Of a stretch of 64,000 nt of DNA, positions 1 through 13,572 are shown piece by piece. Position 1 is the stretch's first letter. Each line of letters opens with the position of its first letter. The position numbers and the translations under genes are program-made. Location of the stretch: NCBI GenBank assembly GCA_009914755.4, contig CP068257.2:33504001-33568000 (forward strand), read 5' to 3'. This DNA comes from the human T2T-CHM13v2.0 reference genome, Homo sapiens. The notes beneath the pieces are model-generated. The model made no database searches. It had not been told where the DNA came from and was given only the letters and a program-made list of their open reading frames with translations.

Positions 1-3000
1 CCCACTGCTAGGAGAAGGGGGAGAACGCCACATTCAGGGAGCACCCCATGGGATAAAAGAATCTGAACAGCAGCCCTGGAGTCCCAGATCATCCCTGACA
101 TAGTCTACCCAAATGAGAAGGAATCAGAAAAACAGTTCTGGTAATATGACAAACAAGATTCTTTAACATCCCCAAAAGATCATCCAGCTCACAAGCAAGC
201 GATCCAAACCAAGAGGAAATCTCTGAATTGCCAGAAAAAGAATTCAGAAGGTAGATTATTAAGCTAATCAAGGAGGCACAAGAGACAGGTAAAGTCCAAC
301 TTAAAGAAATAAAAAACATGATATAGGGTATGAAAGGAAAATTCTTCAGTGAAATAGATAGCATGAATAAAAACAATCACAACTTCTGGAAATTAAGGAC
401 ACACTTAAACAAAATGCAAAATACACTAGAAGTCTCAGCAACAGGACAGAACAAGAAGAAGAGAGAACTTCAGAGCTCGGAGACAAGGCTTTTGAATTAA
501 CCCCATCCATCAAAGACCAAGAAAAAAGAATTTAAAAAATAAACAAAGCTTCCAAGAAGTTTGAGACTATGTTAAACATCTAAAACTAAGAATAATTGGC
601 ATTCCTGAGGAAGAAAATAAATCTAAAAGTTTGGGAAACATATTTGAGGGAATAATCAAGGTAAACTTCCCTGGCCTTGCTAGAGATCTAGACATCCAAA
701 TAAAAGAATCTCAAAGAATACCTGGGAAATTCATCACAAAAAGATCATCGCCTAGGCACATAGTCATCAGGTTATCTAAAGTCAAGACAAAGGAAAGAAT
801 CTTAAGAGCTATGAGGCAAAAGCATCAGGTAACCTATAAAGGAAAACCTATCAGATTAACAGCAGATTTCTCAGCAGAAACTCTAAATTCTAGAAAGGGT
901 TGGGGTTCTATTTTTAGTCTCTTTGAACAAAACAATTATCAGCCAAGGGTTTTGAATCCAGTGAAACTAAGCTTCATGAATGAAGGAAAGATACAGTCTT
1001 TTCCAGACAAACAAATGCTGAGATAATTCACCACTACCAAGCCAGCACTATAAGAACTGCTAAAAAGGAGCTCTAAATCTTGAAAAGAAAATTCTCAAAT
1101 ACACCAAAATAGAACCCCCTTAAAGCAGAAATCTCACAGGACGTGTATAACAATAACACAATGAAAAAAAGGTATCCAGGCAACAAATACCATGATGAAT
1201 AGAATAGTACCTCACATCTCAATACTAACATTGAATATAAATAGCCTAAATGCTCCACTTAAAAGTTACAGAATGGCAGAATGGATAAGAACTCACTGAC
1301 CAAGTTTCTGCTGTCTTCAGGAGACTAACCTAACACATAAGGACTCACATAAACTTAAGGTAAAGGGGTGGAAAAAGATACTCCATGCAAATGGACACCC
1401 AAAGTGAGCAGGAGTAGCTATTCTTATATCAGACAAAACAAACTTTAAAGCAAAAGCAGTTAAAAAAAAGACAAAGAGGGACATTATATAATGATAAAAG
1501 GACTAGTCCAACAGGATAATATGATTCTAAATATATACACACTTAATACTGGAGTTCCCAAATTTATAAAACAATTACTACTAGACCTAAGAAATGAGAT
1601 CGATGGCAATACATAATAGTGGGGGACTTTAGTACTCCATTGACAGCACTAGACCAGTCATCAAGACAGAAAATCAACAAAGAAACAATGGACTTAAACT
1701 ACACCCTACAACAAATGGACTTAACAGATATTTACAGAACATTCTACCCAACAACTGCAGAATATACATTCTATTCATCAGCACGTGGAACTTTCCCCAA
1801 GATAGACCATATGATAGGCCACAAAACAAATCTCAGGAAATTTAAGAAAATCGAATTTATATTAGGTACTCTCTCAGAATACAGTGGAATAAAAGTGGAA
1901 ATCAACTCCAAAAGGAACCCTCAAAACCATGCAAATACATGAAAATTAAATAACCTGCTCCTGAATGATCATTGGGTCAACAATGACATCAAGATGGGAA
2001 CTGAAAATTTCTTTGAACTGAACAATAATAGTGACACAATCTATAAAAACCTCTGCAATACAGCAAAGGTGGTGCTAAGAGAAAGGTTCATAGCATTAAA
2101 TGCCTACATCAAAAAGTCTGAAAGAGCACAAATAGACAATGTAAAGTCGCACCTCATGGAACTGGAAAACAGAAACAATCCAAACCCAAACCCAGGAGAA
2201 GAAAAGAAATAACCAAGATCAAAGCAGGACTAAATGAGACTGAAACAAAAGAAATACAAAAGATAAATAAAACAAAAGGCAGGTTATTTGAAATGATAAA
2301 TAAAATTGATAGACCATTAGCAAGATTAACCAAGGGAAGAAGAAAGTCCAAATAAGCTCATTTACAAACAAAATGGAAGATATTGCAACTGATACCACAG
2401 AAATACAACAGATTATATAAGGCTACTATGAACATCTTTATGAGCATAAACTAGATAACCTAGAGGACATGCTAGAGGATATGGATAAATTCCTGGAAAT
2501 ATACAACACTCCTAGATTAAACCAGGAAGAGATAGAATTTCTGAACAGATCAATGACAAGTACTGAGATTGAAATGGTAATAAAAAAATTGCCAAAAAAG
2601 TCCAAAACCAGATGGATTCACAGCTGAATTCAATCAGACATTCAAAGAATTGGTACCAATCCCATTGACACTATTCCAAAAGATAAAGAGGGAATCCTCC
2701 CTAAATCATTCTATGAAGCCAGTATCACCCTAATACCAAAACCAAGGAAGGACATTAAAAAAAAAAAAAAGAAAACAATATCCCTGATGAGCATAGATGC
2801 AAAAGTTCTCAACAAAATACTAGTGAAATGAATCCAACAGCATACAGAAAAGATAACCCACCACGGTCAAGTGGGTTTTATACCAGGGATGCAGGGATGG
2901 CTTAACATATGTAAGTCAATAAATGTGATACACCACATAAATAGAATTAAAAACAAAAATTACATAATCATCTCAATAGATGCAGAAAAGGCATTTGACA

Positions 3001-3386
3001 AAATCCTGCATCCCTTTATGATTAAAACCGTCAGTAAATCGGCATAAAATGAACATACCTTAAGGTAATAAAAGCCATCTATGACAAGCCCACAGCCAGC
3101 ATTATACTGAATGGGGAAAAGTTGAGAACATTCCCCTTGAGAACTGGAACAAGACAAGGATTCCCACTTTCACCACTTCTATTCAACATTCAACATAGTA
3201 CTGGAAGTCCTAGCCAGAGCAATCCGACAAGAGAAAGAAATAAAGGGCATCCAAATTGGTAAAAAGGAAGTCAAACTGTTGCTGTTTGCTGATGATACGA
3301 TCATATATGTAGAAAACCCTAAAGACTCATCCCGAAAGCTCCCAAAACTGGTAAATAAATTCAGCAAAATTTCAGGAAACAAAATT
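1..3386 (+). mobile_element. Old primate L1 (L1PB/older-L1PA-like), 5' part: end of 5'UTR, ORF1 remnant, and the endonuclease and reverse-transcriptase parts of ORF2. It runs off the window start.
   Basis: The translation matches L1 ORF1p C-terminal motifs (RLSKVKTKERILRAMRQK…KGKPIRLTADFSAETL…SFMNEGKIQSFPDKQMLR). It also matches ORF2p motifs ([45 protein letters not shown]), with many stops and frameshifts. Confidence 0.9.
631..1026 (+). pseudogene. L1 ORF1p C-terminal remnant (decayed ORF)
   Basis: The 131-aa ORF contains diagnostic ORF1p C-terminal motifs. It is truncated at the 5' end and sits inside the L1 body. Confidence 0.75.
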
Positions 3387-3755
3387 GTGTTAGTCCATTC
3401 TCACACTGCTAATAAAGACATACCTGAGACTGGTTAATTTATAAAGGAAAGAGGATTAATTATTTAACAGTTCAGCATGGCTGGGGAGGCCTCAGGAAAC
3501 TTACGATCATGGTGGAAGGGGAAGCAAAAACATCTTTTTTTCACATGGTGGCAGGAAGAAGTGCTGAACAAAGGGGGAGAGACCTTTATAAAACCATCAG
3601 ATCTTGTGCGAATTCACTCACTATCATGAGAACAGCATGGGGTGACAGCCCCTGTGATCCAATCACTTCCCACTAGGTCCCTCCCCAAATGTGGGCATTA
3701 AAATTCAGATAACAATTCAAGATGAGATTTGGGTGGGGACAGAAAGGCCATATCA
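3387..3755 (-). mobile_element. THE1/MST-type MaLR (ERVL-MaLR) solo LTR nested inside the L1 ORF2
   Basis: The reverse complement matches the THE1 LTR ends (…tgatatgg…ccagtctcaggtatgtctttattagcagtgtgagaatggactaacac). It interrupts the L1 ORF2 codons K-I-N-V and is flanked by a 5-bp 'aaaat' duplication. Length is about 369 bp. Confidence 0.8.
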
Positions 3756-5632
3756 AAAATTAACGTACACAAATCAGTAGCTCTGCTATACACCAACAGT
3801 GACCAAGCTGAGAATCAAATCATGAACTCAACCCCCTTCACAACAGCTGCAAAAAAAAAAAAATATATACTTAGGAATTTACCTAACCAAGGACATGAAA
3901 GACTTCTACAAGGAAAACTACAAAACACTGCTGAAAGAAATCAGAGACAATGCAAAAAAAGTGGAAACACATCCCATGCTCATGGATGGGTAGAATCAAT
4001 ATTGTGAAAATGACCATACTGCCAAAAGCCATCTAGAAATTCAATGCAGTTCCCAGCAAAACACCACCATCATTCTTCGCAGAACTAGAAAAAACAATCC
4101 TAAGAATATAGAATCAAAAAAGAGCCTGCATAGCCAAAACAAGACTTAGCAAAAACAACAAAACTGGAGGCATCACATTGCACAACTTCAAACTATACTA
4201 TAAAGCCATAATCACCAAAACAGCATGATACAGAATAGAGAACCCAGAAATAAAGCCAAATACTTACAGCCAACTGTTCTTTGACAAAGCAAACAAAAAC
4301 ATAAATTGGGGAAAGGACACCCTATTCAACAAATGGTGCTGGGATAATTGGCAAGTCACATGTAGAAGAATTAAACTGGATCTTCATCTCTTACCTTATA
4401 CAAATATCAACTCAAGACGGATCAAACACTTAAATCTAAGACCTGAAACCATAAAAATTTTAGAAGATAACATTGGAAAAATCCTTCTAGACATTGGCTT
4501 AGGCAAAGACTTTATGACTAAGAGCACAAAAACAAATGCAACAAAAACAAAGATAAATAGATGGGACTTTTGAAAATCTGCACAACAAAAGAAATATTCA
4601 GCAGAATTAATAGATAACCCACAGAATGGGAGAAAATCTTCACAATCTATACATTTGACAAAGGACTAATATCCAGAATCTACAAAGAACTCAAACAAAT
4701 CAGCAAGAAAAAACAAACAAAAAAACAAAAAACAACCCATCAAAAAGTGTGCTAAGGACATGAATAGACAACTCTCAAAAGAAGATATACAACTGGTCCA
4801 CAAGATATGGAAAAATGCTCAACATCACTAATTATCAGGGAAATGCAAATCAAAACCATTATCTGATACCACCTAACTCCTGCAAGAATGGCCATAATCA
4901 AAACAATCAAAAAATAATAGATGTTGGTGGGGATGCAGTAAAAAGGGAACACTTTTACACTGTAGTGGGGGTGGAAACTAGTATAACCACTATGGAAAAC
5001 AGTGTGGAGATTCCTTAAAAAACTAAAAATAGATCTACTGTTTGATCCAGCAATTCCACTACCAGGTATCTACCCAGAGGAAAATAAGTCATTACACAAA
5101 AAAGATACTTGCACATGCATGTTTGTAGTAGCACAATTTGCAGTTGCAAAAATATGGAAACAGCACAAATGCCCATCAATCAACGAGTGGATAAAGAAAA
5201 TATGGTATATATATATACACATACATACACACCATGGAATACTACTCAGCCATAAAAAGGAACAAAATATTGGCATTCACAGCCACCTGGATGGAATTGG
5301 AGGCTAGTATTCTAAGTAAAGTAACTCAGAAATGGAAAATCAAATATTGTACATTCTCACTCATATGTGGGAGCTAAGCTATTAGGGCACAAAGACATAA
5401 GAATGATGCGTTGGACTTTGGGGACTGAGAGAAAAGAGTACGAGGTGGTGAGGAATAAAGGACTAGACATTGGGTACAGTGTACACTACTCAGGTGATGG
5501 GTGCATCAAAATCTATCTCAGAAATGACCCCTAAAGAACTTATTCATGTAACCAAACACACCTGTTTCTCAAAAACCTATTGAAATATAACAGTTTAAAA
5601 AATTTAAAAAAGAAAAAAGAAACACACCATTG
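3756..5632 (+). mobile_element. The same L1 continued: ORF2 C-terminal region, 3'UTR and A-rich tail
   Basis: ORF2 motifs are present (…[15 protein letters not shown]…, HYLIPPNSCKNGHNQ…, PAIPLPGIYPEENKS…FVVAQFAVAKIWKQHKCPSINEWIKKIWYIY). The 3'UTR is L1PB-like and ends in 'aaaaaatttaaaaaagaaaaaagaaa'. Confidence 0.9.
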
Positions 5633-7942
5633 TGGTTTTTACAAGACCCCAAAGTTTGAGGAATTGGTTAGTTAGCTCCACATTTTGACACTCACCATGT
5701 GTGTAACACAGCATAAAGCCTCCCCTCTGTGAGCTATTAGATGAGAAAGATGAAACAATACTGGCACATCTGAAAAAGCATAAGAATGAGCAGAATGGTG
5801 CCAGTCATGCAACAGAGAGTGGTGAAAATAGTGTGTGCACTCATTTTTGGAAAGAGTGATTGGCATCTGGTGCTTGTTCACGAAAATGTAGAATTTCAGG
5901 ACCTGGGAAAGAGTTCATTCAATATTTTGACTGGCTGTGGTTTAAATGAACAACTGTTTCTGAACACTCCTGTGCCAATGACTGTCTCCCCATCTGCTGA
6001 CCATCACCCCGTCAGTACTCATCTGTGAGCAGCATCTCTGTGAGCCACGCTTCAGCGCAAGGTTTGCTGTGCTGCAATCTGCTTCTGTTTGCATACGAAA
6101 AGAGAAAAGTGAATAAATGTTTCAAAATTCCTACGTTGGAAAGATTCTGAATCCACCCCAGTCGTCATCTACTTCTTTATTTAGAATTATTCATATGTGC
6201 GTTATTTACAGTTTCTCCATGTGGTGTGCTTTCCTTTGTGTTTCTCTTAACATTTTTAATGACCAAAGGCAAACAGGAATCAGTTATTTTGTCACAATTC
6301 CTTCCCATTTAAATGGAGATGGCCAGATTTTCCTATGGCATTCATACTATACCTATTTTCTTTCTTACTTTCTTAATTTCCTCTCTTAAGTCTTATCTAT
6401 ATCTTTGTTAGGAAGAAATAATTTCAGATAGAATAAACTAATTAATATATAGTTATAGATATTTTCAGAACTATCTATTATAGTTTCAGAACAGACTATT
6501 TTGAATATATATATATATATTCAAATACTCAGACCTGCAATGAGCCCAAATATGTATTTAAATATACATATTCAAACTAACAAAATTTTAGCTGCAGCTA
6601 AATAGCAAACTTAAGAAGATGAAAGATAGATGAGCCAGAATTGTGATGGGCCTGAGCTTCTAAGATCTCAGTAGGTGTTTTACCTCCTAAACCAACATTG
6701 GGAGAGCGTTAAAATTATTTATCTCTGCCCTTCAGTTACATAAGCTACCTTCTATTGATCTGTCTCATTAAACTGAGGAAGGCATGTGAGACTCACTGCC
6801 AAGGAATTCAATTGCCTCATTGCCACTTGTTGCTATTTATGTGTGAAAATGACAGAAATTTATCCTGCCATCCAGGATTTTAAACAAAAACAACTTAAAT
6901 GAAAAAGCCTCATTTTCTGTTGGGGTTTCCCTTGGGAAGGAAACATTGCTCTTTTTAAGTGGGATGAATTTTGCACTTCATTAAACGCCTTGATCTTTTC
7001 ATCACTTTAGCCTTTAATGCAATAACATAATCTTAGATCATCTAGATTAATGATTACAATAAAATTGTGCATATAAATCTTACAAGGGCCATGAAAGTGA
7101 GCAGCTGCAGATGCTGAAGTCTGATTTCTGAAACTTTAGGCAGATTTATCTCTATTGACATATATCCTACTTTTTTTGTCTAATTAAACCAAGCTTAATC
7201 TTTTCACAGGTTTTTCTCCTAGAGACTTATCAAACTTCCAGTCAAGGAGTTGAACAGGTCTTTGGGAAGCAATTTGTTCCCTGGCCTAATGTTTAACTCA
7301 AATCCTTCTGGTGTCTTTCAAGTTCCGTCTTGATATTTGTGGAAATCCTAAACTGCACAAGAGCCCTGTTACACACAGAATGGCATTCTCCAAGAATCCC
7401 TGCAGCCAAAGACTGTGCCCCAATTTAGGACATGATGATTAAGACTATTTCACTGAGAGAAGCATCCCTATTGTTCACCTCTCTGAGACCTACTGAGCCA
7501 GGCAGGAGGAAGTCTCCTTGGCCTACTTGCACCAGCAGGAGCGAGCGACTCAGAGCTGCAATGAGCCCAAAGAACACAGGGCAACAGCCTTGGCATGTAG
7601 GCCAAGGATTTTTAAACTAGTCTTAATAACTCAGGTCAAGTTCCCAGCTAGGGTCCCTTAACAAGTCAAGCAAAGAAAGACTTGGGGAGTTTGGAGCATT
7701 TTAGGTTCTGCTGTGTAAGGTAGCAGTTCTTGGTTCTACCAGGAATTCCAGACATATTGTCCTAGAACATTCTGTGGTTCCATAGGTGCAAGACACAAAA
7801 TATACTACTATGCTCTTCTTTGAGGCTAGGTTTTCAGATGTGTATGTGAAAGAAGTAGGAACCATGTCTGCTTTGTAAATGCTGGTGTCTTAATAGAGGT
7901 TCATGTGATAAAGCAGGGGAGGCCTCAGTGTTGTAGAGGCTT

Positions 7943-8312
7943 TGTGTCTCAGTTTGGGCTGCTATATGGGAATACCACAGACTGGGTGGCTTAAATAATA
8001 AGCATTTATTTCATTTCCCACAGCTCTGGAGGCTGGGAAGTCCAAGAACAAACGTGCTAGACAATTCTGTGTCTGGTGAAGGCCCACTTCCTGGTTCATA
8101 GATGGCCGACTTCTTGCTGGGTCCTCACATGGTGGAAAGAGGGCTGGAGAGCTCTCTAGGATCCCATTTATAAGGGCACCAATCCCATTCATGAGGCCTA
8201 CTCTTTCATGACCTAATTGTCTTAAAAAGGCCCCATCATCTAATACCATCATCTTGGGGGTTAGAATTTTAACATATGAATGGGGGGTAGAAATATTTAA
8301 TCCATCATATCA
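7943..8312 (+). mobile_element. MLT1-like MaLR LTR. An antisense old-L1 3' end is the alternative call.
   Basis: It shows the family signature '…gggctgctatatgggaataccacagactgggtggcttaaa…ttcccacagctctggaggctgggaagtccaag…acatatgaatggggggtag…'. It has TG…CA-type termini. Three further diverged copies occur in the window. Confidence 0.5.
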
Positions 8313-10926
8313 TACAAACTGTACAGTCCACTGAGTTTAATATCCTGGAAGAGCACATACATTATCCATTCACATGTTACTATCACTCAAGTAGGTGCAT
8401 TGTTGGTGGCTCTGGCCAAGATCAGAAGCCTAACTCTAAGAAGTGAGGGTATCAGTAGGTCAGAGTACCAAAGGATGTTGTCCTTCCTCCCATAGGAAGT
8501 AGATAAGCTATATATAGGTCACCCACATCTGCTTTGGAGAGTAGCCTTCACAGATCCTATTTGAAATACAGTGACTTAAAGTCAGCCAATTTGCCAAACA
8601 TCCATCACAGATGAAATATCTATCCAAAGATATGATATACAGAAACTGGGTCGAAGGTGGTAAAGCATAAAAGAAAACAAGAAAATAAACCCAGAACTAC
8701 CCAGTTAGACTCTAAACAGAATCCTCTTCTAGAGAGATTAAGCTCTTGCAATTTCCCAATTGCTTGGCTTGGGGTTGGTGATGGGAATAGTCCTGATAAT
8801 TTTTGCCATGCCTATGTGGACCCAGGGGGCTACTGGTACTCATTAAATATTTTGAAATATTCAAAATGGCTTTACTAAAATTTGTGAGACAAGAAAAGTG
8901 AACATCACAAATTAAGGAAACACGAATGAGAAGGCTGGGGATACTGCAGGCTCAACCCTTTCCATGGAACCAGCAAAACTCAAGCTCACCTGGTATTTTT
9001 TCCACCTCTCCTGTATTTTACCTACTTTGTCTTTACACTGCAACATTGGGGAGCAATTTGCTCCATATGAGTTGCCTAAACATTCAGACCAAGAAAGAGA
9101 GAAAGAATCATCTTTCCCACCTTCTTAGGATCTGCCTTCTGTCTACTTCCATTCATTACCCAGAAATTAAAACCAGAAATGGCCTTTCTGCCCAGGCAAA
9201 GTTCCACTTTCTACCCAAAGGAATGCAAGCTTGCCTTTGCAAGGATGGATTAAAAAATCATACCTCCATACCATGACCCAAAAACCCATACAATCAATGT
9301 GTACCCGATAGTCAAGGCTAACTCATTTATTTAGCGTCACAGAGATACCTTAATTCTCTTGCTTTTTCATTGCTTTTAAATTTTCCCTCCCCAGGCACTG
9401 TTTTCTCCTTCTGAAATCCCTACTATTTGTGTTATATCTTCCAAGTCTCTTATGTTTTCTTTTTTTATGGTTTTCATTGCTTTGAGATTTATTCAAACTG
9501 TAAGATATTTCTTTTTGGTTTTCTGAAACACAAATTCACATTTTTTCAGTTTATTTGTTTTCAATATCAAAAGCATGCTTCTTAGTTCTCCAAAGTTACT
9601 TTTGGTGCTGTAATTGCATATCCCTGAAGAGTCTCATCCCTTTTCAGTTTTTCTCTTCTTCTTCTTCAATTGGAATCACCACTGGTAGGTGTGGCCTTGG
9701 GGCCTCTCCCTTGGAGGACCGAGTCCCGTTCATCTTCTTTGTTTTCCTTAGCACACCTGTAGCTGTGTATTTTCCAGCACTCATTCTGGTCTGGATGTTG
9801 GGAGTCTCTTGAACAGGGACAAGCTGGAGGCTGGGGGAGGGTAGGTCAGACTCTGGTTTGGGGTCTGAGAGAGACAGACCTGGCCACCCAGACCTCTCTG
9901 GAGCATACACTGGCAGCCCCTGTCAACCACAGGAGCATTGGGTAACTTCAACTTGCAAAAGAGCTTTGGCCTATGTCCACCAGGGCTGGCCACTGGGAAG
10001 CCACTCCATGCTCCACCCAACAAGGAGACAGGTACAATCCTTTCCAAGAAGAACTTAAGGGCTCTGCTGGCTGGGCCTCCTTGGGGAGCCATGAAATCAG
10101 TGGCATTGGCCTCAGACGTAGAGGACAGGCCAGCCTCTACTATACCATGGGTCCCTTGGTTCCCACTAAGAATAATAATAATCATGTAAACATCTGGTGC
10201 ATACCTAGGGCTGACACTAAGCAGAGAGAAGGTGAGGTGGACCACCCTGTGTAGCTGCAGTTCCTGGAACTCTCAGTGCCACAGACACCCTTCCAGCTCC
10301 ACAGTAAGCCTGCTTACTTGTGTTATTATAAGAAGGAGTTGAGGGGCAAAGGGATTGGAGGCATATATTCAGATATGCCAAAGGTTGTTTTCTTTCAAGG
10401 TGATACATGCTAATAAGCACGAGGCCAAAGCAGGCTTCCCTGAGAGCAGATGGGTGTGTGCATGCGTATGTGTGTGTGTGCACACACGCATGTGTATCAG
10501 CACACTGTGGACTGACACAATTAACCTGACCAGAATTAGCTCAATGCATCATGGCCCAGGGTCAGAACAGTATCTCACTCACCCAAGAGATGGGTTCCAT
10601 CATCATTCATCTCTCCATTTCCCACCTATCCATCCGTCTTCCCATTCAGCCTATTCCCTACCCCCATCCCACCCCTCCATCTACCCATTTATTTTTCTAT
10701 AGTATTCCTGAAGTCAGGGCGTTTAATATGTGATTTTGTGGAAAAATGTAGGAGACAGGGAGTTTATCTCCAGGATCACGTTTCATTCATATTTAACACA
10801 TCTGTACTGCTGGAACAAGATGCAAATCCCACAAACCCTTATATTGCAACACCTCCTCTCCCCCCGCTTTTAAACCTGAACAATAACTTTGAGCAATATA
10901 ATTCTAGGTCATTAAGAGAAAACATT

Positions 10927-11221
10927 GGCTGGGTGCGGTGGCTCACGCCTGTAATCCCAGCACTTTGGGAGGCTGAGGTGGGTGGATCACCTAAGGTCAG
11001 GAGTTTGAGACCAGCCTGGTCAACATGGTGAAACCCCATCTCTACTAAAAATACAAAAAATTAGCCAAGTGTGGTGGCGGGAGCCTATAATCCCAGCTAC
11101 TTGGGAGGCTGAGGCCATAAAAATTGCTTGAAGCCAGGAGGCAGAGTTTGCAGTGAGCCGAGATCGCACCACTGCACTCCAGCCTGGGTGACAGAGTGAG
11201 ACTCTGTCTCAAAAAAAAAAA
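10927..11221 (+). mobile_element. AluS-type Alu, full length, with poly-A
   Basis: It opens with ggctgggtgcggtggctcacgcctgtaatcccagcactttgggaggctgagg and ends …gagactctgtctc(a)n. It is flanked by an approximately 12-bp TSD 'gagaaaacattg' at 10915-10926 and 11224-11235. Confidence 0.95.
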
Positions 11222-11514
11222 GAGAGAAAACATTGATGCGTCACATAAAATAATAACATTGAGATAAAAGTGGCACATTACAGAAATTAATGCTTTGTGA
11301 CTTTTCAAAGCACTTTCACATTCATTGTCTTATTTGGTTTCCATAGGCACCTATCCATCAGCAAAGTAGGGCTGGCATCTTTATTAATTTCATAAACTTG
11401 TTTAGAGCTTATTTTCCAGATTTCATAAATAGCTTCAGTTCTAAAAAAGGTGAGTAGCAGGGTTCTGGAGTATACATATTTAGTGTAATGATTTGGTAAA
11501 ATAATTACACATTG

Positions 11515-11664
11515 TCTGTAATCCCAGCTACTCAAGATTACTGAGGCAGGAGAACTGCTTGAACCCGGGAGCGGGGTGTAGCAGTGAGCCAAGATCACGC
11601 CACCGCACTCCAGCCTGGGTGACAGAGTGAGACTCAATCTCACAAAAAAAAAAAAAAAAAAAAA
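11515..11664 (+). mobile_element. 5'-truncated Alu (right monomer only) with a long A-tail
   Basis: tgtaatcccagctactcaag…gcagtgagccaagatcacgccaccgcactccagcctgggtgacagagtgagactcaatctcac(a)22. Confidence 0.85.
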
Positions 11665-12922
11665 GAATTATATACAGTATCTTAAAAATAATTTTCTCAT
11701 CATCCATTATTATTCATGCTCCCTAAGCCTTTTTCAAACCCCAATGCCATCCTCTTTCCTTCCAGTACATTTTAAGTCTACCTTATAAGTATCTGTAAAG
11801 CAGTAGAATCAAAATCCACAGGAACAGCCTTCACTCTATTTAACAGGGCAACTCTACTACTAACAGCATTTTAGCTGGCCTCGTGCCTAAGTGCAAAGAA
11901 TAAGTAGGAAATAATAGGAAGTAAAATTTTAAAAATAATGAGAAAAATTTTGAGGGCTTCAAATACAAATAGTGGAAGACAATGAGGTATCTTCATGTTA
12001 GAATCGTGTCTAGACTCAAATCCCAACCCAAGCCGTTGCTAATTTTGTCACCTTGAGCAAATCTTCTTATTTCTCTGATCTTCAGTTTCCTTGTCTAAAA
12101 ATGAGGCATAAAGAGCACACATGAAGTGGGACACATGTACAGTGTTAGGCCCTTTTGCTCTTGGCTGATGATAGGAGTCTGGTGACCAACCATCTTGGTT
12201 TGCCCAGGGCTGGTGGGCTTCCCAGGACACGGGACAAAGTGGTTACCCTAGGTGGGAAGCGCGACAGGATAAAAGGGTCCTCATGCATAGACAGCTCCCC
12301 TCCAAATTCCACTCGTGTCCCAAACCTATCTCTCCAGGAAACACACAGAAGCCATCTCCGGTTGGATTCCTAACACTACGTCTCGTCTCTTTTCATTGTT
12401 CTTGTAACCTCATGCTGGTGATGTGTTTATGCTGCTCTAAAGTTGTGTGCTATTTTCTTTAAACAGCATATTAGGGTGTGAGCTCCCTAAGGTCAGAGGT
12501 CATCCTTCTGTATTTGGTAGGACCTAGTCTAACCCCCTCCCGATGCTCAACTTGCACCATCAGTCCTGGCTCGGCAAAGTCACACATCTCAAAGAGATAC
12601 AGTTCTGATTGCAAGAGCATCAGGGAGTCAAGTAAGTTCTTACTGAAGCCTCTTGAAGAGGCAAAACGGGGAGGATTACATCCTTGGAAAGACAGAGTTA
12701 AGGGCTGTAAGACTTCTCCTTAGAAAAGATTCTTCTCAAAGTCCCCTGTTCTCTTTTTCAGTCTCTCCTTCATCACTCCTGATTCTTTTCTCTTGGGAAT
12801 GACTCAGGGTCCTTTCTAAGACAGGCAACTCATCCTCCTTTGGATTTTTCCAATTTCCTTTTTCCAATCCTTTCCAATCAGGATTGCAGAATACTCCACA
12901 AAGGCTCAGGAGTCCAGCAGGT

Positions 12923-12926
<4 letters not shown>

Positions 12927-12975
<49 letters not shown>
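12927..12975. repeat. (GT)24 dinucleotide microsatellite
   Basis: An uninterrupted gt run follows 'tcaaac' and ends before 'agctgaagggc'. Confidence 0.95.
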
Positions 12976-12977
<2 letters not shown>

Positions 12978-13394
12978 CTGAAGGGCAGGGGTCTGTAAAC
13001 AGTTTGCTGCATCATAATAACACATGTTTCATAAATAATTGGTGCTTAACAAATATGTACTGTCTTGGGTTATTTCTCTGTCACCCGGGTGGGTGGCTTT
13101 AGGAAGAAATTAGTTGTGGGTCAAATGCATTTTACAATGATGGACCCCAGCCAGGAAAAGAACAATCTTCCTCCCCCTACGAGGGCTTAGAGTGAGCCAG
13201 GGAGTGGAAGAATGTATTGCACCCTCAGTAGCAGAAGTGAGAGTCCCTAAAGGGAGATATTCAAGAATGAGTGTGTGTGTTGGGATGTGTGTGGGTGTGT
13301 ATTTGTGTGTAGGGGTGGTGAGGAGGCATTAGTCTGCTGATCTGGGTCAATATAGTGAAAATGAAGAACATGGGATTGGGCATTGAAGGCTTGT

Positions 13395-13572
13395 ATGAAT
13401 GCACTAGTCCTAGGACCTTGAACAAACTCCTTGTCTCCATGCCACAGTTTTCTCATCTTTCTTTATAGAGTTTTTGGAAGGACTAAATATCCTAACACAC
13501 ATAAAACACTTAGCACAGAACCTGGCATATAGTAAACACTCAATAAACCTCAGTGATTACTGTTATTAGGGC
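13395..13572 (+). mobile_element. MIR SINE (3' region)
   Basis: The sequence '…cacagttttctcatc…cacttagcacagaacctggcatatagtaaacactcaataaacc…' matches the MIR tail 'agcgcttagcacagtgcctggcacatagtaagcgctcaataaatg'. Confidence 0.7.

Noticed and set aside
631-5307. L1-derived ORFs listed in the ORF track (631-1026, 1619-1942, 1994-2212, 3729-4007, 5002-5307 and others), considered as possible host genes
   Set aside because: They are ORF1p and ORF2p fragments of a decayed L1 and not cellular genes. The same applies to 53169-53606, 62184-62764 and 63627-63980.
5640-6110. A non-repetitive 470-bp segment right after the L1 tail, with 69-80-aa ORFs on both strands
   Set aside because: No recognisable protein or RNA motif. 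It may be a very old transposon internal fragment or unique intergenic DNA. The evidence is insufficient to call a feature.
9781-10245. A 154-aa minus-strand ORF, with several plus-strand ORFs overlapping it
   Set aside because: Mutually overlapping ORFs in a moderately GC-rich segment. No similarity to any protein family I can recognise, and no splice-site context.
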